In this document: piece after piece, positions 1-9,802 of the stretch | How positions within the stretch are numbered: the stretch's first letter is position 1 | Layout: every line of letters begins with the position of its first letter | Assembly: GCA_041399085.1 (NCBI GenBank) | Contig: JAWKTM010000007.1 | Location: forward strand, 87,822 to 151,821 | Reading direction: 5' to 3' | Origin: Pirellulaceae bacterium | GTDB taxonomy: Bacteria > Planctomycetota > Planctomycetia > Pirellulales > Pirellulaceae | DNA length: 64,000 bases | Position numbers and translations under genes: made by a program | Notes under the pieces: generated by a model | Databases searched by the model: none | Told to the model about the DNA's origin: nothing | What the model saw: the letters and a program-made list of their open reading frames with translations, nothing else

Positions 1-125
1 TCTATCGCTTGAGGTCTGGGTTACTTCAAATGAGACAACTTAGGCACTAGATCACGACACAAAGTCGCCAAAGCGGCACTCTCACGCCGTAGATTACCGC
101 CGCTAAGCCATAACGCCGCGGCTGG

Positions 126-1090
126 TCACTCTGACTGGTCGTCGTCACGCGGTCGATTTGCCCAGTCAGGCAGTGGAACGGTAAACGTCACGCGTTGACC
201 TGTGGCCAGATGCATTGAAACCGATTCGCGCCAAGCATTAGCCAGACATAGAGGCGGATCGCCCACGCTTGGTCTGACGGTCACCGACTCCGCCATTGTC
301 CTGAATACATCCAGGTCGCCCACGACCGGCCAGCCGAATGCCAGAGGTGCAACCCGAATCTGATTCGTGCGGCCGGTGATCGGAGCGGGCTTCGACGAGA
401 CGCGACGCGTGCCGTCCGGCAGGCGGCTCGAGCGTGCGAAACTCGGTCAGCGATTCAAGCCGTCGTCGGCGATCGCTCATAGCCCCGACGGCTCCCCGTC
501 TGCTCGCTGATCGGGGCGTTGCAGCGGAACTCGTCCTCGCTCGGATGGCCGTGGACTCGCACCATATACGCCTTTTCCCGCTTCGCGCCGCTCGAACTGC
601 GGTTGCAGCCGACTGACCACCTGCCGCGTGCGGCTGAGCACCAGCCCGTGGTATTGGCGTCAACGATGCGGCACGCGCGCGGGCGTTCCGGGTGATACGC
701 CTCCGCGAGAATCTGAGTCAGCGTGTTGCGATTGAACTGGCCGCTCGGGTGAATCGGCAGCGGAGCGAACTATTCACCACCCAGGATCGCGCTCGTCGTA
801 CACGACGCGGATGTCGGCGTTCACATCCGGCTCGACCGTGCCGGGCATCACATGAAAGTACGTTTGCCCCGGCTGCTGCGATCTGGTCCGCCGAGACCGG
901 CCCGCGAACATCGACGATCGCGCCGGCCGCGAACAACGCCAGCCACTCGTCGCGGCGCATGCGGCAAGCAGCGCTGAGGGGAACTCGACCGCGCCGACGC
1001 CGGCAAACCGTTCGGGCACCTTGATCGGCCGGCGGTTCTCGTAAGGCGGCTGCCGGGCAGCGGCGTGGTGACTCGCCGATCGCCTCGTGC
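126..1090 (-). pseudogene. RluA-family pseudouridine synthase, spread over at least three reading frames (frameshifted)
   Basis: Minus-strand fragments carry RluA hallmarks: ADIRVVYDERD then a KP-type region; C-terminal TGRTNQIRVA (GRTHQIRVH motif), GDLDV...LATGQRVTFTVPLPD (3' ORF 126..323). No single frame is open. Confidence 0.5.
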
Positions 1091-1299
1091 CGCTCGTCGA
1101 TCGTCATCCGCAGCCGCTCGTCCGGCTCGCGATAGCAATACGGACACGACTGGCCGGGGACGTAGCGCGACGACTGTTGATCGGCCACGGTCAGCGGTTG
1201 TTGGCAGGCGACACTGCGTAGTGGTCTCTTGCAATCGCGGGTCAGAGCGCGAACGCAGCACGATCGAACCTTCAAGCAGTCGCCGTCGTAGTGCTCGCC

Positions 1300-2300
1300 G
1301 CCATGAGCTCGAAGTATTTGAGGATGCCGCCTTCCAGTTGCAGCACGTTGCGAGCCCACCGGTCGATCTGCCCCGTATCAGCGGCCCGGCCTTCTCACCG
1401 AATCCCGCCCGACGAAGGTCATTGGCCGCTCCTTGAGCGGCTCGAACAGCGCCGATCGACGGCGGCGGAAAATCGCGAAGTGATCGACGCCGATCGGCAC
1501 CGCGTTGCGGAACGTGCCGAGCTTGTTTCCGTAGTCGTTTCGCGTGTCGAGCAGCAGCCTCGCGGCCCCTTCACGTCCAGCCACTGTTTCCAGCTCGGCG
1601 GCCGACAGTTCGGCGACGTTGTTGGCCGGATCGATTCCGACGCCGAACAATGTTCCTGCTTGATCCGCGCACCAGCATCCGATTGAACGGCTGGCAAGAT
1701 CTGGCTGAAGCTCTCTTTCACATCAAATCTTCCAGCCCAGGGACCGCCCGCAGTTCGGCCCAGCGGCCGATCGATCGACAGGCGCGAGCCGGCCAGAAAC
1801 AGGTTGATGCCTTCCGTGCTGAGCAGGATCGTGCTAGCCGCCAGCGTTGCACACGCGACGCAATCGTTCGCGCGGCGGCACCAAGCTCGGGCGGCCGGAC
1901 GGGTGGCAGGCAGCGAAGTATTGACGACGGGCAACGTCGGTGCGGCAGCGAAAAGCGTTGGTCATGCGATCGGACGTCGGGCGGCAGATGGGAGAACAGC
2001 GGATGGAAGAAGCAGCGAAATCGCGTTCCGAGCGTCGAGATGGAATCGCGATCAGACGATCCGAGCGTACCGATTTCGATGCGAATGTGAAATCGGTGTA
2101 GTATCTTCCGCCGCTCGCCTTAAGAGCCGTCGGCCTCGGCGTCGGCTTCCTTCGCCGGGCCGTTGTCGTAGGACGCCTTTGTTTGGCTCGGAACTGCTTC
2201 CAATCGTCCAGTGCAACTTTGGCGAGACTCGTCGTTGGCGAATCCGACCGAGCTGACATCGAACACCGTTTGCGGCGTCGGCCAGAATGTGGTCGAACCA
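1300..2300 (-). pseudogene. Frameshifted fragments of unidentified gene(s)
   Basis: Protein-like minus-strand segments (e.g. GVGIDPANNVAELSAAELETVAGREGAARLLLDTRNDYGNKLGTFRNAVPIGVDHFAIF) are split over frames; no long ORF. Confidence 0.3.
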
Positions 2301-2329
2301 GCGTCATGGATCTTCGTCCACGAGATACC

Positions 2330-3355
2330 CTAAGGCAGCCAGAGCGACAATGTCTGACTTTGGTACTCGACGTTGTTGATCTTTTGATTGCCGCCGTAAG
2401 CCAGCTTGTCGTCCAATTGCTGTTCGAGCAGCTCGATCTGCCGCCGGTTACCCAATTTGGCAACGACCAAAATCGCGTACAGCCGCGCGTGCTGTTGAGC
2501 CAGATTCGGTTGCGAAAGCGTGCGAATCGCCGGCTGAAGTCCCTCGGGCAATTCGTAATGCACGGCCAAAATCATGCCTTGATAAGCCGTGTCGCCGTCG
2601 GCTCGTCGAATCCAGCCGCCCAGCAGCCGCCGCAATGTTTCTCGCTGCGGGCCGGCCGTGATCGCTTCGCGAAAGCCCTTTTGATACACGAACTGATACA
2701 CGTAGCTGGACGTGTTGTGGTCGATATTGATGTTCTCTTGGCCGGCGGCGAACAACAACGCGGCCACCGCGCCGACCGTCGGTTCGCGGCGATCCGTGGG
2801 GTTTTGGAGACCTTGCTGCAGGACCGCGACGCGAGCCGCCACGATTTCGGGCGTGGCGGCCGGGTTGTGCTCCAGCGTCTCCAACAACTCGGGCGTCGCC
2901 TTTTGCATCTCGACAAAAATCTGCCGCGCCTCGGGCTCTTCGCCGATCCGATCGCGATACGACTCCCAGCTCGGCAGCCCCATCCCGTCGGACTTATCCG
3001 GATTGTTCAGAAACTCGTTCAGCCGACGGCGGAAATCGACCTCCCGCACGATCGCCAAAATCCGCTCGCAGCGATAGCGAATTTCCCGGTCCGACTGATC
3101 CAGACCGCCTTCCAACGCCGGCAAGGCGGGCATGCCGATGCGGATCAGTTGCTCCGTCGCCCGCTCGCGAGCCGCAAATTCGGGATTTCCCAGTTGGGCC
3201 AGCAACGTGCCGATTCGCACGTCGTCGGCGCTGGCCGGGCCACCGCCCTTCAGTGGTTCGTCGGCCCGCAGCGATATCGGCGACAAGCACCCCCACGCCA
3301 ACCCGCAGGCCAAGCTCAATGCCGCGCCACAAACAAATGGTCGTTTGGTGTGCAT
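2330..3355 (-). CDS. Hypothetical secreted protein (N-terminal signal peptide)
   Basis: 341-aa ORF with hydrophobic N-terminus MHTKRPFVCGAALSLACGLAWG and balanced composition. The antisense 392-aa ORF is Arg-rich and looks spurious. Confidence 0.6.
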   Translation of the reverse strand: MHTKRPFVCGAALSLACGLAWGCLSPISLRADEPLKGGGPASADDVRIGTLLAQLGNPEFAARERATEQLIRIGMPALPALEGGLDQSDREIRYRCERILAIVREVDFRRRLNEFLNNPDKSDGMGLPSWESYRDRIGEEPEARQIFVEMQKATPELLETLEHNPAATPEIVAARVAVLQQGLQNPTDRREPTVGAVAALLFAAGQENINIDHNTSSYVYQFVYQKGFREAITAGPQRETLRRLLGGWIRRADGDTAYQGMILAVHYELPEGLQPAIRTLSQPNLAQQHARLYAILVVAKLGNRRQIELLEQQLDDKLAYGGNQKINNVEYQSQTLSLWLP

Positions 3356-3482
3356 CGTTGATTCTCCGGCCTCAAATGGCCGAACATCCGTGGTTGCTGG
3401 AAATTGGTTCGATTTCTATACTAGCCCGTTTCCCGTTGCCGCACATCGCCAAAACGGGAAACCCAGCCGATCAAATGGACAA

Positions 3483-3621
3483 TCAAAGCGGCAGGGCAAG
3501 CCCTCCGGCCACGCGTAACCGGACGGCTCGCGCCGTTCCGCTTCCATGAAAGCGGCAGGGCGCAAGCCCTCCGGTTCCGCATCGAAGCGGTAGGGCGCAA
3601 GCCCTCCGGTTCCGCCCAAAC
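3483..3621. repeat. Three tandem ~36-bp repeats (AAGCGGYAGGGCGCAAGCCCTCCGGTTCCGC), each with a GGGC-GCAA-GCCC hairpin-forming palindrome
   Basis: Direct reading: copies at ~3483, 3548 and 3584, in the divergent intergenic region between CDS 2330..3355(-) and 3747..3971(+). Confidence 0.6.
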
Positions 3622-3746
3622 GATCGGCCCGAACTAACCTTTGTCAAACATGTCGGGAACACGGCGAGCGGTTCACGCAGAGTGCAAGAACCACGCCGGA
3701 TACCCGAGTAAGATACCGGACGGACAGTCCTTCAGGGAGTTGAACC

Positions 3747-3971
3747 ATGACGATTGATAAAAGCTTGCGAGTGCGGGCCGGCATGATCCGCAATCGCAAC
3801 GTGCTGACTCGTGCCGAACGGATCGAGAAACTCGAACAAAACGATCGCTTCGGCGAAGGCGACGACGTACTGGGCTTGCCCAAGGTCCGCGTGCAAAAGC
3901 TGTCGCTGAAGAAGAAGAAGAAAGTGAAGAAGGAAGAGGACGGAGACGACAAGGGCAAGAAGAAGAAGTAG
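3747..3971 (+). CDS. Small lysine-rich basic protein, hypothetical
   Basis: 74-aa ORF preceded by a GGAG-like RBS; C-terminal KKKKKVKKEEDGDDKGKKKK tail. Confidence 0.5.
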   Translation: MTIDKSLRVRAGMIRNRNVLTRAERIEKLEQNDRFGEGDDVLGLPKVRVQKLSLKKKKKVKKEEDGDDKGKKKK

Positions 3972-4225
3972 TCGGCCGCTTAACCTCGCGGCGGACATGC
4001 CCAGCATCGCGTCATGAACACGAAGCCCGACTTGTCGGCAAGCTGCTACCCGCAGCGCCGACGCGTCGGGCTTTTTTCGTGTTCGCCTTTGGAGTGCTCC
4101 GCCTTGTCGGAGCTTTCTTTCCGTCAAGCGAGATCGGCCCTGCCTTGCCAACGCGGCCAGCGAGCCATCCAACTCCCTCCCGCCAATAATCCACGCCTGC
4201 AAATAACCGCGCGAGCAACCAGCCC

Positions 4226-5500
4226 ATGAAAGTGAAACTCGAATACGGACGCACGGGGCTCGAAGTCCAACTGCCCGCCCATCCGCACATGAGGCAACTC
4301 GCTTACAAAGATGCCGTGCCGCTGACTGATCCCGATGCCGAATTGCGGCAAATCTTGCAAACGCCCATCGGCTCGCCGTCACTAGCCGAACTGGCTCGCG
4401 GACGCCGCAGCGCCTGCATCCTGATCTGCGACATCACGCGGCCGGTGCCGAACGAGATGATCTTGCGGCCGATGCTCGAAACGCTCGAACAAGCCGGCAT
4501 GGCCCGCGACCAGATTCTCATCCTCGTCGCCACCGGACTGCATCGGCCCAACGTCGGCGACGAGCTGGTAGAAATGGTCGGCCAGCACATCGTCGACAAC
4601 TACCGGATCGACAACCACGACGGCCAGCAGCTCGACCAACACACGTACCTGGGCGACAGCCCGCGCGGCGTGCCGGTCTGGATCGACTCGCGTTACGTCC
4701 AAGCGGATCTGAAGATCGCCACGGGATTGATCGAACCGCATTTGATGGCCGGCTTTTCCGGCGGCCGCAAATTGATCTGTCCCGGCATCGCGGCGCTCGA
4801 AACCGTTCGAGTTTGGCACGGCCCCGATTTTCTGGAACATCCGAACGCCGACTGCGGCATCTTGATCGGCAATCCGGTGCATGAAGAGAACACCTGGATC
4901 GGTCGCCGAGCCGGCTGTGATTTTATTGTGAATGTAGTGATCGACGCCGAACGCCGGCCGCTGAAATGGGTCGCCGGCGATATGGAAGCCGCGTTCGAGG
5001 AAGGCGTGCGATTCGTGCGGTCGGTCGTCCTGGATACAGTGCCCGAACCGGTCGACATCGTGGTGACCAGCAGCGCCGGCTATCCGTTAGACACGACGTT
5101 CTATCAGTCGGTCAAAGCGATGACCGGCGCGCTGCCGATCGTCAAACAAGGCGGCACGATCATCGTCGCCGCCAGCCTGACCGAAGGCATCGGCAGTCCC
5201 CAGTTCCAGCAACTCTTTCACGAACATGCCGACCTGGACTCGTTCGTGCAATGCATCCTGGGCAAGGACTATTTCGTGATGGACCAATGGCAACTGGAAG
5301 AGTTGGCCAAGGTGCGTCGCAAGGCCCGCGTCAAGTTCTTCAGCGACGGCATGGCGAGCGAGACGCAGAACCAGTTGTTCGTCGAAGCCGCCCCCAGCGT
5401 CGAGCAAGCGTTGGCCGAATCGCTGGCGGAATACGGCCCCGAAGCTCGCGTAGCCGTGATTCCGAAAGGGCCGTATGTGCTGGCCCAAGTCGCCGGCTAA
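4226..5500 (+). CDS. LarA-family protein (nickel-pincer-dependent lactate racemase-like, DUF2088)
   Basis: N-terminus [14 protein letters not shown]; conserved VATGLHRP and [16 protein letters not shown] motifs typical of LarA. Confidence 0.8.
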   Translation: MKVKLEYGRTGLEVQLPAHPHMRQLAYKDAVPLTDPDAELRQILQTPIGSPSLAELARGRRSACILICDITRPVPNEMILRPMLETLEQAGMARDQILILVATGLHRPNVGDELVEMVGQHIVDNYRIDNHDGQQLDQHTYLGDSPRGVPVWIDSRYVQADLKIATGLIEPHLMAGFSGGRKLICPGIAALETVRVWHGPDFLEHPNADCGILIGNPVHEENTWIGRRAGCDFIVNVVIDAERRPLKWVAGDMEAAFEEGVRFVRSVVLDTVPEPVDIVVTSSAGYPLDTTFYQSVKAMTGALPIVKQGGTIIVAASLTEGIGSPQFQQLFHEHADLDSFVQCILGKDYFVMDQWQLEELAKVRRKARVKFFSDGMASETQNQLFVEAAPSVEQALAESLAEYGPEARVAVIPKGPYVLAQVAG

Positions 5501-5632
5501 CGAGCGTCGCCGTTCGGCCGCAAAGCTTCAAAATCTCACGGCCGCCGATTCAAGATTGGCCCAAGGATCGGCGCGGATTAAACTGGCGGCTTCCTCGATT
5601 GAACCACCCAACCTTCCGCCAGGATTCATGCC

Positions 5633-6553
5633 ATGTCCGAAACACTCGGCCGACGCGGCTTTCTTTCCGCTGGAATCGCTGCCGCTATCTCCGCACAATT
5701 AGCCGCGACGCACAACGAAGCTCGGGCGATCGAACCGATCGAGCGCAACGGCCAAGCGAAGTTCAAATACAGCTTGGCGGCCTACAGTTACCGCGGCCTG
5801 CTGCAAGGCAAGGCGGCCGAACTGACGATGCACGATTTCGTCAGCGACTGTGCGCGAATGGGGCTGGAAGGCACCGAGCTAACCTCGTACTACTTTCCGG
5901 CCGATGTCACGCCCGAGTACCTGCGCGACTTGAAGCGGCACTGTTTTCGGCTCGGACTGGACGTTTCCGGCACGGCGGTCGGCAACGACTTTGGACACGC
6001 CGATCCACAGAAGCTGCGCGAGCAAATCGAGCATGTGAAACACTGGGTCGACAACGCCGCGATCCTGGGCGCGCCGGTGATTCGGATCTTCGCCGGCCAT
6101 GTGCCGAAAGGCGGCTCGGCCGACGACACGCATCGCCAAATGGTGGCCGCGATCGACGAGTGTTGCGAATACGCGGGCCAGCACGGCGTGCATCTGGCGC
6201 TCGAGAATCACGGCGGTCCCACGGCGACGGCCGAAGGTTTGCTCCGCTTCGTCCACGATGTAAAAAGCCCTTGGTTCGGCGTCAATCTGGACGGCGGCAA
6301 TTTCCATACGGAGGACGTGTATGGCGACCTCGCCAAGGTCGCTCCCTACGCGTTGAACGTGCAGGTGAAAGTGGTCATCTCCGGCCCCGACAAGCAAAAG
6401 CAGCCCACCGATTACGCCCGCCTAGCCAAAATCCTGCGAGACGCCAACTACCGCGGCTACATCGTGCTGGAATACGAAGAATCCGGCGACCCACGCCAAG
6501 AATGCCCCAAATTCCTAGACGAAATCCGCACCGCATTCGAAGCATCGGCGTAA
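5633..6553 (+). CDS. Sugar phosphate isomerase/epimerase (xylose isomerase-like TIM barrel), Tat signal
   Basis: RRGFLSAG twin-arginine motif. TIM-barrel family signatures: HVKHWVDNAAILGAPVIRIFAG and HLALENHGG. Confidence 0.8.
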   Translation: MSETLGRRGFLSAGIAAAISAQLAATHNEARAIEPIERNGQAKFKYSLAAYSYRGLLQGKAAELTMHDFVSDCARMGLEGTELTSYYFPADVTPEYLRDLKRHCFRLGLDVSGTAVGNDFGHADPQKLREQIEHVKHWVDNAAILGAPVIRIFAGHVPKGGSADDTHRQMVAAIDECCEYAGQHGVHLALENHGGPTATAEGLLRFVHDVKSPWFGVNLDGGNFHTEDVYGDLAKVAPYALNVQVKVVISGPDKQKQPTDYARLAKILRDANYRGYIVLEYEESGDPRQECPKFLDEIRTAFEASA

Positions 6554-6801
6554 GGCCGAGATTAGCGAACGACTCCGTCCAATGATGGAAACAGGACTCG
6601 TAGGGCATGCTTCGCATGCCGCCCCTCGCGTTGGAATAAAACCCGCACGGGAGCACCAATTCACGGATTGGGTGGCACGCCCGGAATCTTCGACGGGCGT
6701 GACCCAGCCGCGATCGCCATCGCGCCAACCCCGCCGAAACGCCTGGCCCTTCGTTTCTCTCTCTGCGCTCTCCGCGGCTCCGCGTTTCCAAATCCTCGTT
6801 T

Positions 6802-6886
6802 TTTTTTGAAACGCGGAGACGCAGAGAGCGCAGAGGAAATGCTCGGATAAGAACTCTGCGTCCTCTGCGCCTCTGCGTTTCTATCT
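6802..6886. repeat. ~85-bp repeat, copy 1 (GAAACGCGGAGACGCAGAGAGCGCAGAGGAAATGCTCGGATAAGAACTCTGCGTCCTCTGCGCCTCTGCGTTTCTAT); internally an inverted repeat
   Basis: Near-identical copy at 7312..7420. Part of the unit is also found inverted at 6757..6800. Confidence 0.7.
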
Positions 6887-6902
6887 CTTACGAACCAGAT
6901 CA

Positions 6903-7295
6903 TCATCCCTCCTTGAAATTGTTGACGATCCGATGCAATCCATCGACCAATTTGACTTCGTGGAAATTAATCAGCAGACCGACCCGCAGGTTCATCAAAC
7001 GAAGGTGTGACAGAGTCTGCGCCTTATCGACGGGATGGATTGCCGACTTGGCTTTTAGTTCGACGACGACACTTCCGTTGACGAGTAAGTCAGCTCGGAA
7101 ACCGCATTCCAAATGAACTTCGTCGTAAACGACTGGGATTGGTTGTTCTTCGACGACTTCAAATCCCCGTTTGCGTAGCTCATACGCCAGACACTCTCGA
7201 TAAGCCGTTTCCAGTAGCCCCGGTCCGAGCCGCTGATGGACTTCGATCGCGGCGCCGATGATTGCCAGTGGTGCGCGTTCAGAACAGCAATTCAC
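6903..7295 (-). CDS. GxxExxY protein (PD-(D/E)XK-like small protein, TIGR04256 family)
   Basis: 130-aa ORF containing GPGLLETAY, which matches the GxxExxY motif. Flanked on both sides by the ~85-bp direct repeat. Confidence 0.8.
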   Translation of the reverse strand: MNCCSERAPLAIIGAAIEVHQRLGPGLLETAYRECLAYELRKRGFEVVEEQPIPVVYDEVHLECGFRADLLVNGSVVVELKAKSAIHPVDKAQTLSHLRLMNLRVGLLINFHEVKLVDGLHRIVNNFKEG

Positions 7296-7311
7296 CTCTG
7301 GTCGGAAGAAT

Positions 7312-7420
7312 TTGAAACGCGGAGACGCAGAGAGCCGCAGAGGAAATGCTCGTATAAGAACTCTGCGTCCTCCGCGCCTCTGCGTTTCTATGTCTTCCAG
7401 ACCCGATCATGATGCCTCCC
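7312..7420. repeat. ~85-bp repeat, copy 2 (direct repeat of 6802..6886)
   Basis: Sequence identity with copy 1 apart from a few substitutions and indels. Confidence 0.7.
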
Positions 7421-7589
7421 AACCGGAATTCTCTCGGGGAAGCCAAATGTGTGAATCGTCGGCCCTTTGCGAGCCGCGTTGTGTGCGCGGGAGATATGTT
7501 TCTTGAGGGGGCTGAGTTGTAGCCGGCGATCCACGTGCGGCGGTTAAGCTGCTTCGCTTGAAACTCGCCGTGGTTTAAGGGTTGGCCTG

Positions 7590-8225
7590 CTATTCGGCGT
7601 TTGCGGCATTTGGCTTGGTGACGTTTTCCGGAACGTCCTTGTCGCCAGAATCTTTGTTCGTTTTCCGTTCAACCAACTTGAGCGACGCCGAGTTGATGCA
7701 GTAGCGAAGGCCGGATGGTTCGGGGCCGTCGTCGAATACGTGGCCTAAGTGGGCGTCGCAGCGGTTACAGACCACCTCGGTTCGGACCATGAAATAGCCG
7801 CGGTCTTCGCGCTCGCCGACATGATCTCCGACCGGCTTCCAGAAACTCGGCCAACCGGTTCCGGAATCGAATTTGGTTTCGGAATCGAACAGAGGCGCTC
7901 CACAACATACACACTGATAGACGCCATCCTTCTTTGAATCGGCGTACTCGTTCGTAAACGGTCGCTCGGTCCCTTTCTGACGGGTCACATAGTATTGCTC
8001 GGGCGTCAGAAGCTCCTTCCACTCCGCGTCGGTCTTGGGCGTAAATTTGCTTTCCGACTTCGTGTTTCCCATCGGCTCGCCTCCCGCGTCGTCACGACTG
8101 GTCGACTCGACATCGGCCGAATTGCTGGAACGGCTCGTGGTCGCGGCCGAGTCGGTTCCGCTGTTTCGTCCACAACCAAGCGCAGTCGCGAAAACAACCG
8201 CCGACAGAATCAACCAATGCCGCAT
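7590..8225 (-). CDS. msrB: Peptide-methionine (R)-S-oxide reductase MsrB, lipoprotein-type signal
   Basis: CVCCGAPLF and [21 protein letters not shown] SelR/MsrB motifs. Likely start is [19 protein letters not shown], internal to the track ORF. Confidence 0.85.
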   Translation of the reverse strand: MRHWLILSAVVFATALGCGRNSGTDSAATTSRSSNSADVESTSRDDAGGEPMGNTKSESKFTPKTDAEWKELLTPEQYYVTRQKGTERPFTNEYADSKKDGVYQCVCCGAPLFDSETKFDSGTGWPSFWKPVGDHVGEREDRGYFMVRTEVVCNRCDAHLGHVFDDGPEPSGLRYCINSASLKLVERKTNKDSGDKDVPENVTKPNAANAE

Positions 8226-8349
8226 TACTAATCTCCTCGACTCGGGAAAACTCGCTGCGCGATGTGTGCCAAAGCTGCGGGAACCGGGAAAGCTTATCGA
8301 AATCCGCCCCGCTCGTCCCGCTCGAAACGGATCGAGCGGCAAGCGTGAC

Positions 8350-8784
8350 TCAGTATGTCTTCACGCGTTGCAGAAACCACCAGCGATGTCCTTCAAGATC
8401 GCGGGCTTCGTAGGTCCGATCGATCCAATAGCCGGGCCCGTAGTCTTGCGTCGCCGGCTCCATCAGAATCTCCGCTCCGGCAGCCCGCGCGGATTCGCAA
8501 TGCGCGTCGGCATCATCGACAACCACGCATAACGACTGTGTGTTCGCTCCGTCGAGCGAACGCGGCGACTGAACATGCGGTCGCTCGCTCTTGCCCGTCT
8601 GTCCCACCATAATCATGCCTTCGCCGAACGACAGTTGGCTATGCACGACTCGCCCTTGGTCGTCCTTCACCACCAATTCGGCGTGAAACCCAAACGTCTT
8701 ACACAACCACTCGATCGCCTCGGCCGCGTCATCGTAGAAGACAGCCGAAGCGATTCGTGGCCAACCGGCAGGTGGCGGATTCAT
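8350..8784 (-). CDS. VOC family protein (glyoxalase/bleomycin-resistance fold)
   Basis: 144 aa with a typical PhnB/glyoxalase-like pattern ([28 protein letters not shown]...). Confidence 0.7.
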   Translation of the reverse strand: MNPPPAGWPRIASAVFYDDAAEAIEWLCKTFGFHAELVVKDDQGRVVHSQLSFGEGMIMVGQTGKSERPHVQSPRSLDGANTQSLCVVVDDADAHCESARAAGAEILMEPATQDYGPGYWIDRTYEARDLEGHRWWFLQRVKTY

Positions 8785-8908
8785 TGCGTGTGACCTCGAA
8801 CTAGGTGCATTTTCGATCGTGGAAAATTTCGCGACGCCGACGCCAACGTCGTACCGAAATGTTAGCGATCGGTCTCACGCCTTGCAGGCGAGAAGCGTTC
8901 CGCGGTGA

Positions 8909-9346
8909 TTAGTTGCCAGTTGCCCGATTCTTGGCGTGATCCGATCTTTCGTGTTTCGCGGCGGCGATGGCCAGGAGCAGCCAGCCGATAATGAGGGCCG
9001 TGCCACCGATGGGGACAATGGCGCCCAGCAGTTTGACGCCGGTCAGGACCAACGCGTACAACAGGCCCGAGAAGATGGCGACGCCAAACAGAAAGCAGCA
9101 ACCGGCGGCGGGCAAGAGACGGGTTCGCGAGTTTCGCATGAGCAGTCCAGCGACGATGATTGCCAACGCGTGATACATCTGGTATCGCACGGCGGTCTCC
9201 CACACGTCCAGCAACCGCTGCTGCTCTTCGACCGTCGGGGCGAGGTCTGGCAGGGCGGAACGGAGGGCGTGAGCTCCAAACGCGCCGAGTGCGACGCCCG
9301 TCCCTCCCAAGACCGCTCCCGTGATCAGCCAAACTCGTCCGGTCAT
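8909..9346 (-). CDS. DUF423 (YgdD/TMEM256-like) membrane protein
   Basis: Four predicted TM helices; GAHALR motif; about 145 aa counted from MTGRVWLITG. Confidence 0.7.
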   Translation of the reverse strand: MTGRVWLITGAVLGGTGVALGAFGAHALRSALPDLAPTVEEQQRLLDVWETAVRYQMYHALAIIVAGLLMRNSRTRLLPAAGCCFLFGVAIFSGLLYALVLTGVKLLGAIVPIGGTALIIGWLLLAIAAAKHERSDHAKNRATGN

Positions 9347-9802
9347 TCGTTTCTCCCGGTCATTGTCTTCTAGGTTGCTTGCCGCGGACAAAGTCCTTCC
9401 GTCGCTGGCCGATTGCCCCGCTGCGTGTGTGGGAATTCTTGCGGCGGAACCGCCTCACGTCGAGCGGCAACGGCGGAAAATCCAGCGGAAGATTCAGCGG
9501 CAAGCTTGATGAACAGTTGACATTGCTAGCTTTGCCGAAGCTGCCTTGATTGCCAAGTCCCTGAGCGTCAGCACGTCGGAAACGGTGGCGAGAGCCGGGA
9601 CAGGATCTCGCGGATCGGGCAAATCTTACGGATTGGTCGGATTCGTCGAATTTTGACGACAACTTTGCCGATTAAGTGGATTGTCCTCGGAATGCAGATC
9701 GTATGGATTCTGCGCGTTGTTCCGGCCGATACAGATTGACGACTTACGGCACAGCGCCGAAAGGCTGACTTGCTAAACCTCAAGTGCCGCGGAGATTAAC
9801 CG

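Noticed and set aside
2183-3361. 392-aa plus-strand ORF
   Set aside because: It is antisense to the signal-peptide-bearing 341-aa minus ORF. Its Arg/Leu-rich composition is typical of a GC-rich antisense frame.
4966-6585. 539-aa Arg-rich plus-strand ORF
   Set aside because: It overlaps the LarA and sugar-isomerase genes in another frame and has extreme R/G/P composition, so it is spurious.
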